DNA from: Corallochytrium limacisporum Hawaii
Taxonomy: Eukaryota; Protista; Pluriformea
Assembly: GCA_002811645.1 (NCBI GenBank)
Contig: PDIP01000029.1
Span: forward strand, 32,885 to 96,884
Direction of reading: 5' to 3'
Length of the DNA: 64,000 nucleotides
Below are positions 23,392-32,952 of this stretch, piece after piece. Position 1 is the first letter of the stretch; the number at the start of each line of letters is the position of its first letter. The notes below the pieces were generated by a model, which ran no database searches, was not told the DNA's origin, and was given only the letters and a program-made list of their open reading frames with translations. The translations under genes were made by a program, and so were the position numbers.

Positions 23392-23985
23392 GACGAACTG
23401 GTGGTGTTCGGATCAGGGTGTTCTTGATCGGACTGATCTTGATCAATCCTGTAACGTATGAAAGTGCACGTTGGGTGAAATCGGGCATTAAAGAGTGCGT
23501 ATCCGTTGATCTTTTGATCTCACCAGCAATTAAATCAAAATACCTTACACTGATGGAGCAACTTCGTCGTGTAGTCCTTCAGCAGACCTTCACGGCTGTC
23601 AGTGAGACTCATGCCGGTCTCAGTCGCTTGCCGTATTCACTCTTTCCCCTCCCCCCCGGAGGGGGAAGGCCGGACCGGGACGAAAGGGGATGGAAGGGGT
23701 GGTGCCTTGCAGTCTCCACAGTGTCGAAATTTCTGCAAGTATCACTAGTCTGTCTCTTTAGCCCCCCGCGCTTCACTGTCTCCGTGGGTCACCAACGAGG
23801 TCTCCCAAGCAGGAGGGGCCGAAGACGAAAGGGATCCTTTGAGTCCAGTACCCAGCCTGGCTCCCATCTTTGAACACACATTTCTTTTTCAACGGCCAGG
23901 AGGACATATGAATTTAAGTTTTGTGATTGTATTGTATTCTACATGGTGCTGATGATACGTTGGGTATGTTTTCCTGCTTGTTCGA

Positions 23986-24617
23986 TTACTTGTTGAGCTG
24001 CAAGCTCCAGTCGATCAGTTTGGCGGCATGGGCCTTGATACGCTCCTGCCACTTTTCGGAGATCAGATCACCCGTATCCTTGTCAAAGGGAGCGGGGTTG
24101 TCGAAAGCCTTGATCAGAATCTCGTCCTGATCAAGGGGTTTGAGCTTCAAGAAGTTAAAGTAATCCCGCAGATGTTGTTGTGCCCGCAAGCCACCCATGC
24201 CGCCGCCAGCGCCGGCGATAGCCACAGCCTTACCACTCCAGAAGTTGCCGCCTGCAGGACCACTTGCCCAATCCAAAGCATTCTTCATGGCTGCGGAGAC
24301 ACCGTAGTTGTATTCAGGGCTAGCCAACACATAAGCATCAGCAGCCTCGACTTCGCCGTGAATTCCTTCACGTCGTCGCCTGCGGGGACATCCGTGTTCA
24401 AGAGGGGCAGCTTACTGATATCGACAATGCTAAACTCAACCCTAGTGTTCCTGTAACCCTCGGCATTCAACTGTTCAAACGCCGTGGCGTATGCACGTAC
24501 GACACCGGAATTGGAGCTCGCCTTGCGGAGTGATCCGCTGATACCTGCAATCTTCAAAACGTTCATCTCAGTGGGAGCGTCAGACGCAACGTCGACGGTA
24601 GAAACTTGAGCAAGCAT
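23986..24617 (-). CDS. NAD(P)H-dependent FMN/quinone reductase (flavodoxin-like FMN_red family), split by a 1-nt frameshift at about 24351
   Basis: The 5' half has ISGSLRKASSN and DISKLPLLNTD; the 3' half, in the -1 frame, has EAADAYVLASPEYNYGVSAAMKNALDWAS and GGGMGGLRAQQHLR; restoring one base gives about 210 aa. Confidence 0.88.
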
Positions 24618-26254
24618 GTTGACACAAATTCATACAATGCTGGGTACAATAGTGACTTACACCCCCATGAATTACAGAGGACTATTTCCCGTTCCCAGAT
24701 TCCCTTAAATACCCGTGCTTCGGATCACCCAGTCGTGTCTTGCCACCATCGTTTCCATGCACGAGCTTGCAAGCGAGAGGCCGCAGAACTCACTCATCAT
24801 TTCAGGACATGACGGTGGCTTACGACATATGACCTGCCGATGAGAATCGTGCATCAGATCTAGCAGACATTGCTTACGAACCTGGTGTGCGTGGGTGCGT
24901 AGAGGAAGTGGTTGGCTGCTGCTATGGAAGTCCGCCGGTATAGTCACAATACCGGGCAGCAGAGGAAGTTTTCCATAGTGAACCAGCCTGGTGCGGACGC
25001 AATAGCCATAGTACGGCGATAGGGGGGAGGGGAAAAAGGGAATAGGAAGAAAAAATATGAGATGAAGCAGGTGGGAGAACAGGCAGAGATGGCACCCTCC
25101 AGTATTAAGGGCGGTACCATCCCCCCGTTTTTGGGGGGGGGGAAGGGATATGGAGGATCGGAGTGTGCCGGGTGATCAGCAGACACCCCCCCCCTCCCTC
25201 CTCGATGGTTCAGTTTCTTCTGTTAGCAGTTGACCCAGCCAGAATTCGACAATTTCACGGTGCTCCTCGATTAGTAGCCACTGTACGTGCGAGCCACCAC
25301 GAAGGATTGTTGATGATTAACCTTCAATCGTTCAAAGTGGTCATCATGTCCTGCTGATTAGGCGCTGGCCAATTTTTTTTTTTGTGAATCGCAGTCACCT
25401 GTTGCTCTCGCTTTGGCTTACCGGGTCACTGCTACGGGATGCTGAAGCAACTGGGTTATATGGACACACACAAGCACACGCACTCTCTCTCTCTCGTTCC
25501 TGGTGCAGGACATCGTCATCACCAAGCCAGACCCCAAGTGCACAGAAAACTGCGTATTCCGAGTGTGTGCACACGAGAAAGTAGTCTATTTAGCCCGTCC
25601 CCCCCCCTTCCTTCCCTCTTTCCTCTCTTTTCCGGAGCCCCCTCCTTCTGCCCCCGAGTGGGCAGGCGATGGGCCCATCGTGCACTTTTTCCTTTTTGCC
25701 GGCACGGCGCGCGCTCGATCGCTCATAAGCCCGGGGTTACCCTTCCTTGGCCACTCTTGGGAGCATCAAATACATGTGACCGAAAAAAAAATCAAAGGGA
25801 AAAACTTTAGCAACTGAATAAGCAACAATTAAAAAAAATAGAATAAAAACAGGGGAACAAGGTAAAAAAAAAATAGGGAGTGGAAACCCCAAAGGTATCA
25901 GGCGATCGTGTGTTTTAATAACGCAGCTGACTATTGCACACACACACACACACACCCACACAACGAAGAGAAAAAAAAAGGAAAGGCAACGGAGACACCC
26001 TCCCCGCCCCGCAACCAAATATTGATTAGTTTCTGGGTGCCACCGGCATTGGGGACAATTGGGGTTTGGGCGGCGGTGGTGGTTGCCGCTGTCGTTGACA
26101 GCACCGGCGCAGACAAACACGGCGGCACAGATCTTGTAAGTTGTCCGGCATCCTCCGATCCCCTATGGTTTAGGACTGTGAAATCTTTCGCAACCTGAAC
26201 GTGACTGATGAATAATAATACTTTATGACACTGTTGAGGATGTGTGCGCAGGTC

Positions 26255-27802
26255 TTACTTCCGCGAGCGGCCAGCCAGCAAAGGCTCCCTCTCATTGTCA
26301 CCACCTGCAGATCTGGGAGACTCTGGAACATCGTCCCCGGTGTAGTTGCGGCCCTGAACACTTTCTCCTGGGCCACTGCGCTGCGATTCCTCGTCCTCAA
26401 CGCGCTTTTTGCTGCGCTCCACGGCTTCCTGTGCCTCATAGTCCCAGTCAATTACAAAGGCAAAGGCAATCGCTACCAAAAGCGTTGAGAACATGGTACC
26501 GACAAAGTTTCCGAGCCAGAAGCCGCGAATGTCCATGCCAGCAACAAAGACCAAGATGAGGCCCACGGCACATCCCGTACCAGACACTCCCAGCGTGTTG
26601 GTGACCGCAATGATATCCTGACGACCCATTCCACGGAAAATTCCGCTGGCCATGAGTTGGATAGTATTGAAAGCCGTGAATCCCATGGCGTAGCCATTAG
26701 CTTCGTACACCCGTTGCCGCACATCCTCATCGTCGGTAAAGAAAGCCACTATCTCGTCACGGAATGACATTTCGATCGCAATTGCAATGCCAGTGACGAT
26801 GCACCCACCAATCATGCTGGCGACTGACATCACCTTGGCTTCCTGCACCATACCGGCACCCATCAGATTTCCAACCCTCACACTAACTGCAGTGGACGCG
26901 CTTAGGGTCAACATACCAAGCACACTTGCGATGAGTAGAAGGATCATATATGCACCTACCACATCGTCACCGAGAATACTTGAAGTAAAAATGGTGACCT
27001 CCGGCAACCAGAAGCTGACTGCAAACATAATCATGCCAGCGGTAGCGATCCTGAGATAAATCCTCATCTCTTCCTTGTGTGTCATAATTGCAATCATACG
27101 CCGCAGGGATGGGGCTGGCCCCTGCCAGATGTAAGCAATGTACGCGATCATGACCACCAACGCAAAGAAGCGAGTCAGGCTCATCGCCATAGGTGCACCA
27201 TCAAAGCCCAGTTGAAGATAGTCAATGAACAGCCAGTGTGCGTAGTAATTTGCTGCCAGGTTGAATCCATTGACCCAGACTGGCAGCATGACATGGTTAA
27301 TGGCCTGTAGATACGACGTGAACGCAAATGTTTGCGCTGTGAACAAGAACCCGGGAATGCTGATGATGCAATACCGTTCAACGAGGTTCGGAATGGGCTC
27401 CGGACGACCGAGGATCTGCGAAGTAAACTCTCCTCCAAGCATAATAAAAAACACCTGCGGAAGGCAAATAAGAAATGTCCAAAGAGTCGACCGTACAAAC
27501 CAAGTCTCGGTGAGCTCAATGTTTTTCGCTCCAAAGCTCTGAGATGCGAGAGATGCCAACGCACTACCAGGACCGAACATCAGGAACGCAAACAAATTGA
27601 ACCAAGAGGCACCCAAGCTGCCTGCAGCAAGGGCGGACTGACTCAGATGACCAAGGAACATGGTGTGCACAGAGTTGATGCCAATGCTAAAAACGTTGGC
27701 CAGGGCTGTAGGCCATGCCAGCCGAGCAAGAATAATACCCTCATCTTTGAGAATGTCTCCGATCTGATCCCAAGACAGGTCCCGTATGCTGTTACTGGGC
27801 AT
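26255..27802 (-). CDS. MATE family (SLC47-like) efflux transporter
   Basis: 515 aa with about 12 hydrophobic segments; LAWPT, MFLGHL..ALAAGSL, SQSFGAK, SVRVGNLMGAG, SGIFRGMGRQ, GIRGFWLG-type motif. Confidence 0.93.
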   Translation of the reverse strand: MPSNSIRDLSWDQIGDILKDEGIILARLAWPTALANVFSIGINSVHTMFLGHLSQSALAAGSLGASWFNLFAFLMFGPGSALASLASQSFGAKNIELTETWFVRSTLWTFLICLPQVFFIMLGGEFTSQILGRPEPIPNLVERYCIISIPGFLFTAQTFAFTSYLQAINHVMLPVWVNGFNLAANYYAHWLFIDYLQLGFDGAPMAMSLTRFFALVVMIAYIAYIWQGPAPSLRRMIAIMTHKEEMRIYLRIATAGMIMFAVSFWLPEVTIFTSSILGDDVVGAYMILLLIASVLGMLTLSASTAVSVRVGNLMGAGMVQEAKVMSVASMIGGCIVTGIAIAIEMSFRDEIVAFFTDDEDVRQRVYEANGYAMGFTAFNTIQLMASGIFRGMGRQDIIAVTNTLGVSGTGCAVGLILVFVAGMDIRGFWLGNFVGTMFSTLLVAIAFAFVIDWDYEAQEAVERSKKRVEDEESQRSGPGESVQGRNYTGDDVPESPRSAGGDNEREPLLAGRSRK

Positions 27803-29529
27803 GGTGGTGTGTTAATATCCGTGTCCCTCTTGACGACCTCACTGTGCCAGCCACTCACTGCGACATTACGGAGTGTGATTTCGTTGTCCGTTCGCAGAAA
27901 GAACAAAACCTTACAACAGAAATTTGATTGTGGCCTGTACGTAGGTGCACCCGACACTGGTAATATGAGATAGATCTCTTGTATACCCATTCAATGCTGT
28001 GACCATAATTTGAAGGGGTCCAGCAAACGCCTGTTTTGCTCACTCGGCAACGCAAAACCAGAGTCATGCCTACTAAGAAGCACAACGTAGTGGCTGGTGT
28101 CAACCGCATAATATTCGTGTTTCTCACCTCTTCTGTGCATGACTCGGCCTGCTTCAAACAAAAGGACGTATAGATACTGTCCACAATTATTCCACAGAGG
28201 GTAATCTACAGCATTCGCAAGGGATGTCCCACACCCACACAATCCTGTAAGTTTACATATCAGCCGTCTATGAGCACACCCTTGTATCAGGTGTGTCGGG
28301 ACTCCTCCACCGTCTCTTGACCTTCCCTCTCCATCACCCGTCTCCGTCTGCCGCTGCCATTATTTTCTCAAACACAAGAACCATCGAAAGTGAGAGAGCG
28401 AGGGGGCGGAAGAGTTTTCGAGCCGTTCAGTGCTGGAGTCCAAACCAAAAAAAAAATAAAAAATGAAACAGGGGACAAATGGGGTACAAGAGTCTGGAGA
28501 ACCCGTTCCGATGGACCCCGATAGCCGGGGCAGGAGCCGAATTGACCCAAGTGCAACCAAAAAAAAACCGAAAGAAAAGATCAAAATTTCACTGCCTCCT
28601 CCCCCCCCCCCTCCCGGGGCCCGGGTTCTACGCAGTTTCGGTGACAGGAGCGTCCCGTGAGTTTTGGCCGGAAAGGAAGGGGGAACTCAGGAGACCGCAG
28701 CAGAAAGTGTGGAATCGATTGTGCCTAATTCAGGAATGTTGGTTTCGGTTGTGGATGAAAATTACTGTCGCGCGGGCTGGTATGTTCATTAGCTTATCAG
28801 AGGCGAACAGGGAGCGCAGATTTGGGCTCCATGCTCCCATACATAACTATCGCTTACACCCGAAGATCGGACCCTCGATTTTGTTGTGCGATGATGAGTG
28901 GTCGTAGTACCGGTGACTCGGACAGGTACGACGACGAACGAAATTGTGCAGGTGGCAACCGACTCACCGTATTCCAAAGAGGGCGGTGGGGAAGGAGGAA
29001 GGGGGGGGGGGGCCCACAATCGGTGGGTGTTATTGCTTTTATATTTCTGGGGCGTCCTGGTTAAGTAGTGAATGTTCTAGCCTGTGTCCCCGTTCCACCC
29101 CGCGGCTCTGCGCAAACGCCCAACCCCCGCCCCGGAGCGGGGGAGTTGGGGGAGGGGAGGAGGTTCGCTGGTCCCGTAGTGTACTCCGGGGGCAAATCAA
29201 AGGGGCCACCGCAAGCGGGAGAGAGAAAGAATGGTGAAGGAAGGAACCTGGGTGTGGGGCGGCGTGTCTGTAAAATTGATCGCTAATTGTTCCTGTATAT
29301 TGATCTATATTTGTTTATTGATTTTTTGTATCGGGTTCGGGTGGCTGTGAGGGGAGAGAGGGGTGCCCTGTGCTGTTTCACGGGGAAGGGGGTTTGCAGG
29401 TGGTGCGTTGGAATGTTGCCGCAAAATGGACGGCGGAGACCAAAGGGGGATCGAGTGATGTTCAGTAGTGGTGATGGTAATGCTTTGCCGTCGATCGTGT
29501 CCATCTTCTACTCTAAAGAAAGATCTACA

Positions 29530-30810
29530 TTACGACTTCTGCTCATCATGGTCAGCCGCAGGACAATTCAAAAGATCGCTCAGTTGTTTGTAGTCCGTCA
29601 TGTGGTCGTACTGAGGGATGTCATCGTAGTGGACACGTAGCAAGTACAGTCCATTTGGCGGTGCTGGAGGTGGCATGGCGGTGCGATCACCACTGCGCAC
29701 ACGCTTCTTAAACTCTTCCGGGGTGAGGTTTCCGAGACCTACGGACACAAGTGCACCCACCATGTTGCGAACCTGTGCGTGCATGAAAGATGGAGATCGA
29801 ACCACGATCTCTAAAGGCTGCATCAAATTCTCTGTCCGTGCACAGCAGTCTGGTGGCGTGCTGAATCCGGCAGGGACAGTATTGATTTCCAGTCGATCAA
29901 GTCGACGCATTGTGAGCCCAGTTTGTTCGTATTTGCCACGGAAGGCGGCCATATCCTGCGGTTTCGCCCCATCTGAGTTGTCTTCTGGAGACCCAAATGC
30001 GTATTGTCCTTCTCCCACTTGCAGGAACTGTGCAGCTTCGCGCATGGCCTTCACGTTCACCAGCCTCGGGATCATCCAAGCACGTTCCTCGTCGAAGAGG
30101 AGCCCATTGGTTGCGGCAGTGATGTTGTTGGTCGGTAGGCCAAAACTGGTGTTGAGATTGACCCGCCTGCCAGTCCGCGTGCGAATCTTGCCTTCCTTCA
30201 TGTCGTTGTCCTCGTTGGGCTTGTCCCCCCGATGAGTTTGAAACTCCTCGCTCTGCAGCCCGGCAATAATACGGTAAAGGTAAGTCCGCCCCACGGCTTG
30301 ATGGCGCGAGTGAAAGCTGTGCGGCACGCACTGGGCTGCAACCAGTCGAATAGACTCGTTGGCTTCCATTAGTGTGGTGTTCATGGCCTTAACCATGGTC
30401 TCCGGTGACAATGGAGGCAATATTTTCCCTGACCTGCGATGTTTGCGAACTGCATCGACATGACACGTGTTCCCGAAGGCATGTACTCCTGCGTCGGTCC
30501 GGGACGAAAACTGCAAACTAAATCTCGTGTCAAATATTGTGCGCAGAGCCTTCGATAAAGTCGATGTGACCGTAGGTAGCGACTGACTGTATGTTCCGTG
30601 ATCAATTTCTTCGTCTTTATCAACAGGTTCGTCTCCTGGCTCACCAACGATGCGTCTATGACGTTGTTCAAATGTCCAACCGCCGTCAAGTGGTCCCACA
30701 CGCTGAGCAGTGTTCGATCCTCCGATCGCGCCAGCCACAGCCAGTTTCCCACCTGTTACGCCATGGTATCGACTCCCGAGGTATGACACGGTCAACAGAT
30801 ACCGCGTCAT
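29530..30810 (-). CDS. PUSL1: TruA-family pseudouridine synthase, PUSL1-like
   Basis: YLGSRYHG, catalytic SSRTDAGVHA, FHSRHQAVGRTYLYRI, SFMHAQVRNMVG, APPNGLYL. Confidence 0.88.
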   Translation of the reverse strand: MTRYLLTVSYLGSRYHGVTGGKLAVAGAIGGSNTAQRVGPLDGGWTFEQRHRRIVGEPGDEPVDKDEEIDHGTYSQSLPTVTSTLSKALRTIFDTRFSLQFSSRTDAGVHAFGNTCHVDAVRKHRRSGKILPPLSPETMVKAMNTTLMEANESIRLVAAQCVPHSFHSRHQAVGRTYLYRIIAGLQSEEFQTHRGDKPNEDNDMKEGKIRTRTGRRVNLNTSFGLPTNNITAATNGLLFDEERAWMIPRLVNVKAMREAAQFLQVGEGQYAFGSPEDNSDGAKPQDMAAFRGKYEQTGLTMRRLDRLEINTVPAGFSTPPDCCARTENLMQPLEIVVRSPSFMHAQVRNMVGALVSVGLGNLTPEEFKKRVRSGDRTAMPPPAPPNGLYLLRVHYDDIPQYDHMTDYKQLSDLLNCPAADHDEQKS

Positions 30811-31502
30811 ATCTCAGTCATGAACGGTCACCAAACCCACTGCTTGACATGGCAAGTGAGATGTCGAACCTGTCCAAATTCCAAATTTGCTCGTATGGAA
30901 TCCCACGGATAGGGTCATAACCACCTAGGGCCATGCCTTACCTCTCCAAATAGCCTCTGTACCGTTCGTCACCCAACTCCTGTTGCATTCAGCAGCTTCC
31001 TGACTCGCCCACCGTCCCTTCCACTGACAGTCGACCCATGTACCGGAGCACCCCACACACCCACCCACCACGCAGCCACTCCCGAGTGAGAACCGGCCAG
31101 CACTGCCAGAGAGACCCACCCTCGCTGCTGGCACACTGCACCCCCAGCCTCCCCCCTGAGGGGGGCGGGGGAGATGGAGAGAGAGCAGCTGCCAGTTTTG
31201 TTGAGCGAAGCCGGCCCCTGGGGGCGGTTACCTCAACCAAAACGCACAAAGCAGACCAAACGATCACAGAAGCTGGCGATTTTTGTGCACCTTTGCTCGA
31301 GAGGAGTCCGTTCGGTCCTGACCGGGGCATTCAAAAGCGGCTAGTTCAGACCAACAAGCATCGACAGTGGAAGCCTTGGAAAGTGGTTTCCAGATTGTGA
31401 ATATTGGGAAGGTAACGGCTGAACGTTACTGTTCGATACGTCGGGAATCCTGACACAGTACCATCGACATCGCGTGAGAGAAACAGTGTCGTGGCCAACA
31501 AA

Positions 31503-32885
31503 ATGGGCGGAGGAAAGGGTGATACTGACTTCTTTACCAGCGAATTGGACACTGGGCTCTGGCTGGAGCTGCTGGGTTCAATGGTGAATGAAGGAGAGCA
31601 CCTGGTCAACAACCCACCAGCCAAGGTGCCGAAGGAGGATCGCGCTGGACGCTACGTCATGGAGGCCTTACAACCATATCGAGATGTTCTGAAGATTGAG
31701 CAGTTCTCGTATGCAGAAAATCGCACAAACATCGTGATCACCTACGAAGGCACGGACCCGAACCTGGACTGTAGCTTTGTGGGTAGCCACATGGATGTGG
31801 TGGATGTGGAGCTGGATAAGTGGAAGTTCGAACCCTTCAAATTTGAAGAGAAGGATGGCATCGTCTACGGGCGTGGAACAACCGACTGCCTCGGCCATGT
31901 AGCCTTGCAGTGTTGTCTCTTTCAGGCTCTTGCTCGATGCAAACCAAAGCTCAAACGCAGCATTCGTGGCGTGCTCATTGTAGATGAGGAGGCCGGTGGG
32001 GACTCCAACATCAGTGTGGAGCGTCTGTGGGAAGACGGTAAACTTCCGTTTCTAAAAAACGGCCCCTTCTACTGGCTCGACTGTGCAGACATGATGCCCA
32101 ATGTGGGCAGTGGTGGTTGTGTGAGCTGGCGTTTGACTACAACTGGCGTGCTTTGTCACAGTGGCTTTCCCAACAAAGGCATTAATGCCATTGAAGTTGG
32201 ATCTTGGGCCATGCGCCGCCTCCAGAGAGCCTTTTACAGGGCGTTCCCAATCTGTCCGGAAGAGAAGGAGTATGGCTTTGAGATGAGCAGCAGCTTCAAA
32301 CCCACCCGTGTGGAGGCATGTACGAACAGCTTAAATCAGATCCCAGACAAGTACGTACTGGAAGGTGACATTCGCTTGATCCCATTCTTCGACATCCGTG
32401 ATGCGATGAAGGTTCTCGAGGTGGAAGCCGCCCAGTTTAGTCAGCCAGATGTTTTACGCCTTTTTGCCAACAATGATCCAGCCAAAGACTGGACAGGGTC
32501 CCACGACAGCCATGCCATTTTGAAGGAAGACCAAGACAAGAGCGGAATCGTGGCTGAGATTGACATGGAGAAGGTCAGTGAAGCTAAAATCGAATTGGAG
32601 TGGCTGAATGACCCAGTCGACGGCCTGGCTTGCGACTTGCACAGCGAAGGATTTAAAGCCATGGAGTCAGCTGTAACTTCGGTGCTTGGTTCCTGTCACA
32701 CCCTCGCAGACACAGGTACTCTGCCCCTAGTGGGTAATCTACGCAAGCAGGGCCTGGACGTTCAAACAATTGGCTTCGGAGTCGAGGACGCTTATCATGC
32801 CCACAATGAGTTTGCCCGGGTCAAGGATTTCCAGAATGGCTACCGCATCCTGATTAAGATCATTGAGAACCTGGAGAGTATGTAA
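31503..32885 (+). CDS. argE: M20-family acetylornithine deacetylase (plant/amoebozoan NAOD type)
   Basis: First ATG at 31503; metal motifs SFVGSHMDVV, GRGTTDCLGHVA, DEE, YHAHNE; also GPFYWLDCAD, HSGFPNKGINAIE, GDIRLIPF. Confidence 0.88.
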   Translation: MGGGKGDTDFFTSELDTGLWLELLGSMVNEGEHLVNNPPAKVPKEDRAGRYVMEALQPYRDVLKIEQFSYAENRTNIVITYEGTDPNLDCSFVGSHMDVVDVELDKWKFEPFKFEEKDGIVYGRGTTDCLGHVALQCCLFQALARCKPKLKRSIRGVLIVDEEAGGDSNISVERLWEDGKLPFLKNGPFYWLDCADMMPNVGSGGCVSWRLTTTGVLCHSGFPNKGINAIEVGSWAMRRLQRAFYRAFPICPEEKEYGFEMSSSFKPTRVEACTNSLNQIPDKYVLEGDIRLIPFFDIRDAMKVLEVEAAQFSQPDVLRLFANNDPAKDWTGSHDSHAILKEDQDKSGIVAEIDMEKVSEAKIELEWLNDPVDGLACDLHSEGFKAMESAVTSVLGSCHTLADTGTLPLVGNLRKQGLDVQTIGFGVEDAYHAHNEFARVKDFQNGYRILIKIIENLESM

Positions 32886-32952
32886 GACTGTCATGATAAA
32901 GTACGGCAACATTTCCATGAATCAACAGAACAGTACATTTCTGAGAGTTTAA

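Noticed and set aside
24340-24365. Programmed -1 ribosomal frameshift in the FMN reductase
   Set aside because: No slippery heptamer or evident stimulatory structure; a single-base deletion is more parsimonious
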